A stretch of 64,000 nt of DNA. Origin: Mobula birostris (lineage: Eukaryota). Within the stretch, counting starts at the first letter, position 1. Each line of letters begins with the position of its first letter. The translations under genes were made by a program, and so were the position numbers. The notes below the pieces were generated by a model. The model was not told the origin of the DNA. It saw only the letters and a program-made list of their open reading frames with translations, and did no database searches. Positions 1 through 11,619 of this stretch are shown piece after piece. The stretch covers positions 96,726,865 to 96,790,864 of the forward strand of contig NC_092377.1 of the NCBI RefSeq assembly GCF_030028105.1, in the 5' to 3' direction.

Positions 1-235
1 GAGAAGGGAGAGGATCATGGGACGGGAAGCCTGGGGAGAAAAAGAAGGGGGGAGGGGAGCCCAGAGGATGGAGAGCAAGCAAGGAGTTATAGTGAGAGGG
101 ACAGAGGGAGAAAAAAGAGAGAGAGAAAAAAAAGGGAGAAAAAAATTTTTAAAATATATGAAATGTATAATAAATAAATAGGGGATGGGGTGTGAAGGGG
201 AGGAGGGGCATTAATGGAAATTAGAGAAGTCAATG
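1..235 (-). mobile_element. Penelope-like element 3' end / terminal-repeat fragment (runs off the window)
   Basis: The minus strand reads ...ATT GAC TTC TCT AAT TTC CAT TAA (IDFSNFH*), like the end of a Penelope GIY-YIG ORF, followed by a pyrimidine-rich tail. It shares 'gagaggatcatgggac...' with the element at 24464-24743. Confidence 0.6.
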
Positions 236-1530
236 CAGGAAAATGACAGGTTACGCACTTCAGCAAGAAGAATCAAAAGGTCGACCATTATCTAAGTGGA
301 AAAAGACTGCAAATGAGTGACGTACAGAGAGATGTAGGAGGTTTTATCCACGAAACAAAACATATTTAGCAAGTAAGTGCAACAGACACTAAAAAGGGAA
401 AATGGAGTGTTGGCTTTTATAAGAGTCATGGAGCACTACGGCACAGAAACAGGCCCTTTGGCCCATCTAGTCTGTGCCATACTGTTATTCTTCCTGTCCC
501 ATCCAACCTACATTTGGACCATAGCCTTCCACACCCCTAACATCCATGAACTTATCCAAACTTCTCTTAAATGTTAAAATCAAGCCTATGTCCACCACTT
601 TTGCTGGCTGCTCGTTCCACACTCGCATCACCCTCTGAGTGCAGAAATTCTTCCTCATGTTCCCCTTAAGCATTTCACCTTTCACCCTTAACCCATGACC
701 TCTAGTTCCAGTTCTGGTCTCATCCAACCTCAGTGGAAAAAGCTTGCATGTACTTACCCTATCTATACCTCTATCAAATCTCCCTTCATTCTCCTACGCT
801 CAGGAAATAAAGTCCCAACCTAGGTCCTCAGGTACTGGCAACATCCTTGTAAATCTTCTTTGTACTCCTTCAAACACTGATTTCTTTCCTGTAGGTAGGT
901 GACTAGAACTACATACAATACTCCAAGTCAGCCTCACTGATGTTTTATACAACTTCAGCCTTTAATTTTTAGGGGTTCAGAGTTTTGGAGATGAAAAACA
1001 ATGACAGGTTGCTGCAACAGTACAGGGCGATGGTGAGACCACATGCAGAGTGCTGTGCTGAGACTCAGTTCGCTGATTTAAGAAAGGTTCGATGGCACTG
1101 GAGACAGCCCAGAAGAGATTCACTCAGTCAGTTCCTTGGGTTGATAGGACGGTCACATCACGAGCTTCTGAAACTGTTTATTTGTATTATTTGGAGTTTA
1201 GAAGAATGAGAGGTTATCCTATCAAAACATATAGGATCCCAAGGGGAGATGACACAGTAGATGTCGAGATATTTGCATAATTGGACGGTTGATATGAGAT
1301 AAGGGGTCAGTCATTTACAGCTGAGGTGTGTATGGAGGTGGTGATTCACCAAAACTTTCTGCCCCGGAATGTGCTGGAAGATGGTTCACTGGAGAAATTT
1401 AGAAGGGGAAAGATAATATTTTGAAAATTTGAGTAATTAAGCGATATGAGGAACTGGCACGGAGGAGGAACTGAGGTTAGCATAGATCAGCCATGTGATC
1501 TAAACCTGCGCTATGTTTCTTGTGTGTTTA
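236..1530 (+). mobile_element. Decayed CR1 LINE 3' region, interrupted at ~422-957 by an oppositely oriented CR1 3' end
   Basis: CR1 RT C-terminal motifs are present (HFSKKNQK..., YRAMVRPHAECC, LETAQKRFT). The inner fragment encodes TRGHGLRVKG...RVMRVWN on the minus strand (ORF 485-727). Confidence 0.75.
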
Positions 1531-2964
1531 ATCCATTTATAATCAGCACAGGAAGTCGTCATTGCCAAAAACTGACAGGAAGTCTCTGAGAGGGATAGAC
1601 TGACCTCCGCCAGGGATGGAGAGACTCGTCCGGTTAACTTGGTCTTCGTCCCCGACGGAGTGTCCGTGCTGACACTACCAGATTTCTGTCAATACCCAAC
1701 CATTTAAAAATTCTATATTCCACCAGCCAGTTCTTCCAAATGTGATTCATCCTTGATTTATTTTCAGAGCTGCTTGTGGATAAGCACTCGCTCCAGGCAC
1801 GGTTCAAACCCTTTCCCATAGTGCGCACAGCTGGGTTTGTATGTAACTTGCTGCAGCCTTTGGGAATGCTGAGAATTGCAAAGGAGAGTGCCGTACTGTG
1901 TCCTCTCAGCTGTTTCTGCAGCAGAAACTGGTTGTGAAATTACGTCCTTGTGGCCCAGTTCAGAACCTTTGGTCAGAAGGCTTGATAAAACATTCTGACT
2001 GCACCCGAGTCGGACGGGAGTGCACTTACCCCTATCTGTATTCTTGAAGCAGCTGCGGCCAGATTCACTGACTTTGGACCTGGAACAGGATTTGTGATCT
2101 GTCACAAAATAAAAGATCTTCCCATTAGAAGCAGGAGAAACACATTCTCCCTGAGACGGATGGCAGGCTGTCTATGAACATCTTAATCCATCCGCTTCTT
2201 CTCGATGTGTGATATTAAAATGCTCTTTGAACACCCCTTTGAGTTATTTTCCCTGAGACTCCATTCCTCTATGACTTGTCCCGCTGCTGTTTGGCGAACA
2301 CGACGCTAATCAAGATTTACAATGCACTGGTTTGACCTCAAGCTTGCTGTAGACATGTGCTCTGTAATAACAAAGTCAGGCACGGACACTAAATACATCT
2401 CCAGAGTCCTTAGCCAGTTCCCGACTAGTAATATCAGTCACTCTGCGCAGCCAGCCAAGATTGCTGGCAGTTCTGATCACCGGCCATTTTAAGACACATT
2501 GCATTTTATTTGATCTCACTTCTCCTGTACTTCATCGGCGTAAATCTCAGAATAGTTGTAGGTTAGGTCGAAGACAGATGCCTGTAATCTTCTACTGTCA
2601 GTCTCCCAGCCTGTGAAGAAACAACCCACAGCTGACTTGCCTTCAACCCCATTGACTGCATGTGTATCTGGATCTTGAAATCTTGTTGCTTCCCATCATT
2701 CCCATTCACATGTAGATCTATCCAAACCCACTCTCACTCCACCAGCAATGCAAACGCCCTCTCTAGACAAATATCCCCTCTGAGAAGGGAGCACATTGTG
2801 ACTTTGCTGTGCTTGGAGCTATATTTCATTGTTATATTGCCTTTCCTCTGGCACATAACATTGCCTCCTTTGGTACTAGACGTCTGGTGAACGGCTGTCA
2901 TTGTATCTACAGCAAGGACTGACACGACCTACACCCACATACTGTGGAATGAAACTTCTGGCTA

Positions 2965-3645
2965 AAGTTCAAAGTTGTAAATTTATAAGCAAGTATATGT
3001 CACCATGTATTACTTCCTTGCAGGCATTCACAGTAGAAAAACGGAATAGAATAATCAATGAAAAACTACACAAAAGACCGGCAAATAACAATGTGCAAAG
3101 CAGGGCAAACTGTGCACATTAATAAACAAATAAACTGATTGATTGATTAATTAATTAATTAAACTGAGAACGTGAGTTGTGGAGTCCTTGAAAGTGTGTC
3201 CATTTTTCAGACTTTTTTTTACCATGCCCATGGTCTATTCTTTGTCAAATTACGGTATTGCTTTGCACTGTTGTAACTATATGTTATAATCATGTGGTTT
3301 TTGTCAGTTTTAGTCTTGGTCTGTCTTGTGTTTCTGTGATATCATACCGGAGGAACATTGTATCATTTTTTTAATGCATGCATTTCTAAATGACAATTAT
3401 CGAGGACTGAGTGTCCTCATAATCTAATCTAAGTTGCTGTGGAATCAGTTTAGTGCTGGGGTGAGTGAAGTTATCCACCTGAGGGTTGAAGGGTAATAAC
3501 TGTTCCTGTACCTGGTGGTGTGGGGCCTGAGGTTCCTGTACCTCCTGCCTGATAACAGCAGCAAGGAGAGAGCACGGCTTCAAAGCTGGAGGTCTTTGAT
3601 GATGGCTGCTGCTTCCTTGTGACGGCACTCCTTGCAGCAACATAG
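2965..3645 (-). mobile_element. Rex/Babar-like LINE 3' fragment with a nested plus-strand element tail (~3205-3432, ending aatctaatctaa)
   Basis: The minus-strand text 'ggcaggaggtacaggaacctcaggccccacaccaccaggtacaggaacag' is typical of these LINE 3' ends, with a (ctttgaa)-type tail near 2965. Confidence 0.6.
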
Positions 3646-5244
3646 GCAACAGTCATCTCCCAGCTGGTACACATTCCATTCCTTGGCACTTCATAATGGC
3701 ATTTCCATTGAGCACACAATTTCACAACCCAGATTCTGACCGACCCGGGCTGAATTTACTGAGCACCTGACCCAAACTGATCTATCCCACAGAGCACAAT
3801 TTAGCAACTTGCCAGTGTTGTAATGTCTTTAAAAATCCTTCAAGTCCGGATATGGTACTTTGTACTCTGGATTGAAACCATTCCCTGACTTCCCCACTAC
3901 TTCAGTTGATGAAGTGTTTGTCTTTCTGTGATGAATCAAGTTTGGTAAGGGTGGGGGAGGGAGCAATGAGTCTCAAAGCCAAGTTCCATCTGTCACCTTC
4001 CACTCTGTTGGGGCCTTGTTTTGTGCCTGTGCATTTTCAGTGGGATCCTGAAAACTATTTCTTGTAGTAATAATTGTTTGTCTGTCCTTACGCGCAGCTT
4101 TTCATTGATTCTATTGTATTCCTTTTTTCCACTGTGAATGCCTGCAAGAAAATGAACCTCAGGGTAGTATTTGGTGAGGTCTCGGTACTTCGACAATAAA
4201 TTTACATTGAACTTTGTGGTTTCAGCTGGCTGTTCACCATGCCTGGCACTGTGCCCTAGTCCTTGGTGCTGGTCATTGGCCCAGACAGTGAATGCTCCTA
4301 TGGTCCTCGCTCCAAAGGCAAAGCCTGGAATGTTGAACTGCTTCCTCGACTTTATAAGCTCTTGGAGATGGCGTGAGCATGCATGCACACGCACACACGC
4401 ATGTGTGTGTGTACCCAAATCCTTCGTCTCTTCATCTCACCAGTCCCCTCTAATCAGCGCCATTTAGTTGTGTGGTGAGGGAACGTCATTACTCATCAAA
4501 TGCACAGATTCATCGTCCCTTGGGTGTTATGTTGTACGCGGTTGACACAGCCTTATTTCCCGACTAGGGTCTGATAATTGTGTGATCTGTGCTGACGCAC
4601 AGATGTTCTGTTTTGAAATTATTTGTATCTATTATATCTTGTACAAGACTGCTCAGGAAAACAGCCTCAAGATTGTGGCAGGTTACAGTTCATCTTTTGT
4701 GGTTCCGTGGAGTCACAAGCTGAGCAGAGGCTGTCTGCAGACAATGGCTGTGACATTTTCATTTCCTCTCCCAGAGGGAAAAACAGCAGTGCAGATCATC
4801 TCATTTTCACAGATGAAAGTCTCTGAGGCGTCCGTGGAGGGCAGTGCTTCCTGCAGGACGCTCGGCATCAGAGTGTGTGTGCCCGCTGTGGCTTGGTGCG
4901 GGCCACTTTTATCCCTGAGTCAGACAGTTGTGGCCTCGAGTCTCACTGCAGCTCGGTGACCACAGAAACCCAGCTGACGCACCACTGCAGTCAGGAGTGT
5001 TGTAATGTCAGGTCTGCTGCCTTTCTATGTGACTGTTCAACCAGTCGCTCACAGGAAGTGGTGGATACAGGCCAGGCCATCACAAACAAAGCCCTCCCCC
5101 ACTGCCCAACACATTCAGCACATCAACACCCAACATTGCCACAAGGAACCAGAGTTCATCAGAAAGGACCCCACCTCAAAATAACCCAAAGTTTCACTTG
5201 GGTGAGAGAAGGGAAGGCACTCTCACCCTCTCCATTCCACCTGT

Positions 5245-6030
5245 CCACAGAAAGGATCTCAACCCAAAACACTGACTGTCTATTTCCCCTCCGCAGACGC
5301 TGCCTGACCCACTGATCCCCTCCACAGATGCTGCCTGACCCACTGATTCTCTCCGCAGACGCTGCCTGACCCACTGATCCTCTCCGCAGACACTGCCTGA
5401 CACGCTGAGTTCCTCCACAGACGCTGCCTGACCAACTGATCCTCTCCACAGACGCTGCCTGACCCACTGATCCTCTCCACAGACACTGCCTGACCCACTG
5501 ATCCCCTCCACAAACGCTGTCTGACCCACTGATTCTCTCCGCAGACACTGCCTGACCCACTGATTCTCTTCACAGACGCTGCCTGACCCACTGATTCTCT
5601 TCACAGATGCTGCCTGACCCACTAATTCTCTCCACAGACGCTGCCTGACACGTTGAGTTCCTCCACAGACGCTGCCTGACCCACTGATCCTCTCCACAGA
5701 CGCTGCCTGACCCACTGATCCCCTCCACAGACGCTGCCTGACCCACTGATCCCCTCCACAGACGCTGCCTGACCCACTGATCCTCTCCACAGACGCTGCC
5801 TGACCCACTGATTCCCTCCACAGACGCTGCCTGACACGTTGTTCCTCCACAGATGCTGCCTGACACGCTGAGTTCCTCCACAGACGCTGCCTGACACGCT
5901 GAGTTCCTCCACAGACGCTGCCTGACACGCTGATTCCCTCCATAGACGCTGCCTGGCACGCTGAGTTTTTCAAACAGCTTGTTTTTTTGTCACCTTGCTC
6001 CAGATTCCACACCTGCAGTCTCTCCTGTCT
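5245..6030 (+). repeat. 31-bp minisatellite (~22 copies, ~5293-5968) expanded inside a degenerate Penelope-type terminal repeat
   Basis: The unit cagacgctgcctgacccactgatcctctcca (variant ...gacacgctgagttcctcca) repeats with period 31. The flanks match the pLTR family (aaggatctcaacccaaaacactgactg... and ...ccagattccacacctgcagtctct). Confidence 0.9.
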
Positions 6031-6074
6031 CCAACAGGTCAGATAATCCAGCTAATGCCTCATTACTGTTTAAA

Positions 6075-6468
6075 AGAAAATTACAAAGAGATATGGCACA
6101 GAGCAGGCCTTTCCAGCCCAAGGAGTTGCATTGCCTAGCAACACAACCATTTAACACTAGCCTAATTGTGGGACAATTTACAATCACCAATTAACCTACT
6201 AACCAGTACATCTTTGGACTGTGAGAAGACCCCCCCACCCCTCTAGCAGTTTCTAAAATACTCAAACCACCCCATCTGGCACCAATAACCATTCCATGGT
6301 CAAAGTCACATAGATCACATTTCTTCCCCATTCTGACGTTTGGTCTGAACAACTGAACCTCTTGACCATGTCTGCATGCTTTTATGCATCGAATTGCTGC
6401 CACATAGTTGACTGATTATATATTTACATTAATGAACAGTGTACCTAACAAAGTGGCCACTAAGTGTA
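6075..6468. mobile_element. V-SINE fragment (minus strand) followed by a partial Tc1-type MITE
   Basis: 'ccaattaacctactaaccagtacatctttggactgtgagaa' is V-SINE antisense. The region ends in the TIR gtacctaacaaagtggccactaagtg-TA, shared with 22060-22603. Confidence 0.6.
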
Positions 6469-9400
6469 CTTGCCTGACTACATGAATTTAATATTGGAGC
6501 TTCGTGAGTGCAAGGAATTCTCACATAAAAGCAACAGGTTAACTGCAGCACTTTAATTGGATAAACACACTCTGACATTTTAACTTTTGCTCCAATACAG
6601 CTTGAATTCTCATTGATTTCACTTTTGGCAGATTTAATTTGTTTACATTGAGCTTGTTAGGCAACTCCCTGTGTACGAGTTTATAGTCAATTCATATCAT
6701 GCTAATGTCAAACGTCGATCCGTATCACACTCAGATGAAGCAGAAAGCTGCCAGGTACATAGTTAATTATTGTTATTGGTGTGGACGAATTCACCAGAGT
6801 GGAACTAAAATAGACCGAAGAACTCATAACAATGCTCTGGTCTTATTGTTCAATCCCCTCAGGTGTACAGTTTGACTTGAACTTTGTCCATTTCTGAATT
6901 CACTGCAACTGTTTAACTTCTGGCTTAAGTTGATGCTATTGAAGAGGGGCAACAGCTTATGGGCAGTTTTCAAAGCAAGAAATACAACTAAATATTATAT
7001 TAAGAACACTCTTTCTGTGGAAAATTGTGTAAGTGATCACCGCAAACAACAAAGAAGCGAGCAAAGGCGATGCTAATCGAGTGTCGAGGAGTGGGTGCAG
7101 TGCATAGTCGGAGCGTGCCGTGTTCAAGGAGAAGTGGTTGGAGCGAGGTCGAGACCGAAGACCATGAAACATAGCAGTAGAATTAGGCCATTTGGCCCAC
7201 TGAGTCTGCTCCATGACTAATCCTTTCTTCCCCCTCCTCAGCCCCACTCCCCGACCTTCTCCCTATTATCTTTGATGCAGTGTCCAATCAAGAACCTATC
7301 AATCTCTGCCTTAAATACACCCAACGATCTGGCCTGCCTGTGGTAATAAATTCCACAAATTCACCACCATCTGACTGAAGAAATTTCTCTGCATCCCTGT
7401 TTTAAATGGACACCCCTTTATCCTGAGACTATGCCCTCTTGTCCTTGACTCCCCCACCATGAGAAACATCCTTTCCACATTTACTCTGTCTAGACCTTTC
7501 AACAGTCAAAAGGTTTCAATGAGATCCTCCCTCATCTTTCTGAATTCGAGCGAGTACAGACCCACAGCCATCAAACGTTCCTAGTATGATAACCCTTTCA
7601 TTCCTGGAATCATCCTTGTGAACCTCATCTTGACCCTCTCCAATGCCAGCATATCTTTTCTAAGATGAGGAGACCAAAACTGTTTACAATACTGAAGGTG
7701 AGGCTTCACCGGTGCCTTATAAAGCTTTAGCATCACATCCCTGTTCTTGTATTCAAGCCCTCTTGAAATGAATATGAACATTGCATTCCTTACCATCAAC
7801 TCAACCTGCAAGTCAACCTTTAGGGTGTTCTGCACAAGGACTCCCAAGTCCCTTTGCGTCTCAGATTTTTAGATTTTCTCCCCATTTAGAAAATAGTTTG
7901 TACATTTATTTCTGCTACCAAAGTGCATGACCATGTATTTTCCAACATTGTATTTCCTTTGCCACTCTCTTGCCCATTCTCCTAATCTGTTTAAGTGCTT
8001 CTTCAATCTACCTGTTTCCTCAACGTTACCTGCCCCTCGACCAATCGTTGCATCACCTGCAAACTTGGCAACAAAGCCAATAATTCCATTATCTAAATCA
8101 TTGATATACAGCATAAAAAGAAGCGGTCCCAACACCAATCCCTGTAGAGCACGACTAGTCACTGGCAGCCAACCAGAAAAGGATCCCTTTATTCCCACTT
8201 GCTCCGTCCTACCAATCAGCCAATGCTTTAAGCAGCCTCATGTGTGATACCTTATCAAAGGTCTTCTGGAAGTCCAAATATACAACATCCACTGCATCCC
8301 CATTATCTACCCTACGTGTAATTTCCCCAAAGAATTCCAACAGGTTCATCAGGCAAGATTTTCCCTTAAGGAGACCATGCTGACTTTGTCCTGTTCTGTG
8401 TCACCGAGTACTCCATAACCTCATCCTTAACAACTGACTCTAACATCTTCCCAACCACTGAGGTCAGGCTAACTGGTCCATAATTTCCTTTCTGTTGCCT
8501 TCCCCTTTTCTTAAAGAGTGGAGTGACATTTGCAATTTTCCAGTCCCCTGGCACCATGCCAGAGTCCAATGATTTTTGAAAGATCATAACTAATGCCTCC
8601 ACAATATTTACTGCTACCTCTTTCAGAACCCTAGGGTGCAGTTCATCTGGTCCGGGTGACTTATGTATTCTTAGGACTTTCAGCTTTTTGAGCACCTTCT
8701 CCCTTGGTAATAGTAACTGAACTCACTTATCTTCCCTGACACCCTTCAACACCCAGCACACTGCCAGTGTCTTCCACAGTGAAGACTGATGCAAAATACT
8801 CATTTAGTTCATCCGCCATCTCCTTGACCCTGTTATTATTTCTCCTGCCTCATTTTCTAGTAGTCCTATATCCACTCTCATCTCTCTTTTATTTTTCACA
8901 TACTTGAAAAAGCATTTACCATTGACTTTGATATTGTTTACTAGCTTGCTTTCATATTTCATTTTTTCCCTCCTAATGATTATTTTAGTTGCTCTCTGTA
9001 GGGTTTTAAAAGCTTTCCAATTCTCTATCTCCCCACTAATTTTTGTTTTGCTGTATGCCCTCTCTTATGCTTTTACAATAGTTTTGACTTCCCTTGTCAG
9101 CCGTGGTTGTTCTATTTTGCCATTTGAGTATTTTTTTCATTTTTGGAATATATCTACCCTGCACATTCCTTATTTTCCCAGAAACTCACGCCATTGCTGC
9201 TCTGCAGTCATCCCTGCCAGCATCTCCTTCCAATTTACTTTGGCCAACTCCTCTCTCATACCACTGTAATTTCCTTTACTCCACTAAAATATTGCTACAT
9301 CAGACTTTACTTTCTCCCTATCAAATTTCAAGTTGAATTCAATCATATTGTAATCACTGCCTCCCAAGGGTTCTTTTACTTTAAGCTCCCTAATCAACTA

Positions 9401-9660
9401 TGGTTCATCACATAACATCCAATCCAGTATAGCTGATCCCCTAGTAAGCTCAACAACAATCTACTCAAAAAAGCTACCTCGTAGGCATTCAACAAATTCA
9501 ATCTCTTGAGATCCATTTCCAACCTGATTTTCCCAATTGATCTGCATGTTGAAATCGCCCATGACTCTCATAATATTGCCCTTTTGACATGCCTTTTCTA
9601 TTTCCCATTGTAATCTGTGGTCCACATCCCAGCCACTGTTGGGAGGCCTGTATATAACTG

Positions 9661-10220
9661 TGTAACGCCCTGCAGAAGGTTTCACTTGTAAGGTAATAGC
9701 TGTTCTGTAGCAGCAGTGTTTGGGTTATGACTAGAGATAATGGGGGCTTTGGAATGTGTGCCATACAATGAAGGGAGTGGTTTTTTTCTTGTGTGCCTGA
9801 CAGCAAATTGTTCAATGTCTTTTGTTCGGCGGAAGATGGAGAGAGAAGATGCCAGAATGGAGAGATCGCAGACTGCAGGACGTAGGGGACTTGGAATGTG
9901 GTCAGGAGTCAATGACACCCAGGGGAAATCGACGGAGAACAAATGGATGGAAAGTTGTGAGCTCCAACATGCATATTAGATTGTTTCATTAAAATGGGCC
10001 CTTTTCTTTTTGTTTTCTTTACTAACCCTATAGTCAAATTATGAATTATAAAGCTCAATTGTTTGATTGCATATGGTGTACTGTTTGTTATTTCATGGTG
10101 CTGATTTGTAACAGGGGAACACATCACGCAGCATCCACCCAAACAAGATTTCTCAAGTTTGGCCGGGCCGGAGACCGTCTTCCCCTAGACTAACACCACT
10201 GGTCGAACTTGAGGGTTACA
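9661..10220 (+). repeat. 5' LTR (560 bp)
   Basis: TG...CA termini with the short inverted ends TGTAAC/GTTACA. It aligns to 16078-16639. Confidence 0.95.
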
Positions 10221-10224
10221 ATTG

Positions 10225-10242
10225 TGGGAGCTCGTTCGGGAT
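10225..10242 (+). promoter_or_regulatory. Primer binding site complementary to tRNA-Pro
   Basis: TGGGAGCTCGTTCGGGAT matches the canonical Pro PBS TGGGGGCTCGTCCGGGAT at 16 of 18 positions, 4 nt after the LTR. Confidence 0.85.
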
Positions 10243-10289
10243 TGATTCTGTTGGATGCTGTATGATTGCCCTGAGCGTTGAACCAGTGG

Positions 10290-11600
10290 GTTGGGTGTTT
10301 AAGTCTGTGCTTGTATTGATGCTGCCGGGGTGGAATGGTGGTGTTCATTCACGGGGGTTACCGGTAACTAATCCATGCATGTTGAGTGGGGTAGATATTC
10401 GTGCTCCAGATGAATTGTTAATTCGCCTGTTAAGTATTGTTAAAGTTACGATTGTGGGGTGGAGGTTTGATAAAATGGTGGGCACAGACCTTGTTTTACT
10501 GCAGACTAGCGCTGATGTAACGGCAGTGGGGCTGCCCGGTACTATTGGTGCCCCAGGCGAGGAGGAAAATGTAGCGGCACGGGGGCGAATCACAAGTTGA
10601 GTTTCCTGTAGCTGGGGCGGAGGCTTCAAAGGCAGGGCTCTCTTGTTTCTGAGGAGTGAGGGGAAGGAGTGGTCAGATTTGGACTGTCTAATTAGCCCCC
10701 GTCCCCCAGGGAAGAGTGAGAATTCTGAGATAGTATCCGCCCTTACCTCTCTGGCAAATAAATGGAAAAATGCCCAGGTCCAAAGTTCCAGCTGTGGTAG
10801 GCTCTGCCTATTCTCTGGAAAAACACCTACCCCTAAAGGGGAAGAGGAGTATGAGACTTGGGCGGAGCGGATCTCTCAGTTGTTAGATGACCTCTCAGAT
10901 GTCAGCTGCCGATTACATGGGAGCACTGGAAAATGCATTTGGCATGAAAGGAAGCCCAATGGAACTCATGGTGGGATTTCAAAACATGCGTCAAGAGAAG
11001 GGGGAGAAGCTTTCTGCCTGCGTCTTTCGGCTAGAGAGGCAGCTAAATTGCTTGTGGCACAGAGGGGCCATTCAGGCGGCTGAGGTGGATCAGTTAAGGA
11101 TGGACCAGGGTAAAGGGTGCCCAGTCCCAGGCTGTGCTCGCTTGGGGTCTCCGACTGTCTCATAAGATGAACACCCCGCCCCCGCCCCCGTTTGTTGAAC
11201 CGATCAGAGAAGTACGAGAAGAGAATGCGTCCGAGGCGTGGGAGGCCTCCATCAGCAGAGTACAGTCCTCGGTAGTGGTCCCCTTCGTTGATGTGACCAC
11301 AGATAGCCCAACCCGGGGAGTGGTAGAGGAGACTGTGGCAGAGTTGAGAACTGAGATGTCCCAGTCGTTATCAAGAGGTGTGACCCCCCCCCCCCATATG
11401 ATGGAGCTGATAAGGACATGGATCCTTTAAGGGGATGGACCATGCAGAGGGCTGCTAGCAGCCGGGGTCACGCAAGAAGGGGAGCGGCCAGTACTGTCTG
11501 TTATAACTATGGTGAAGAGGGACACTTCAGACGGGAGTGTGAATGACAGGAATCCCCTCAGAAAGTGAGCCCCCTGATATCTAAGCAGATAGAGTTGTTG
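10290..11600 (+). pseudogene. Disrupted gag, PNMA/Ma-antigen-like capsid with a degenerate zinc knuckle
   Basis: The ORF pieces include LCLFSGKTPTPKGEEEYETW and ALENAFG...FQNMRQEKGEKLSACVFRLE. The knuckle CYNYGEEGHFRREC (second Cys replaced by Tyr) lies at ~11498-11540. There are multiple frameshifts. Confidence 0.85.
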
Positions 11601-11619
11601 GGAAAACTTAAGAAAGACC

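Noticed and set aside
5159-6012. Long repetitive ORFs (up to 272 aa) and a CRISPR-like periodic array
   Set aside because: These are contiguous 31-bp tandem units with no unique spacers, in a eukaryotic context. The ORFs are a by-product of a stop-free repeat unit.
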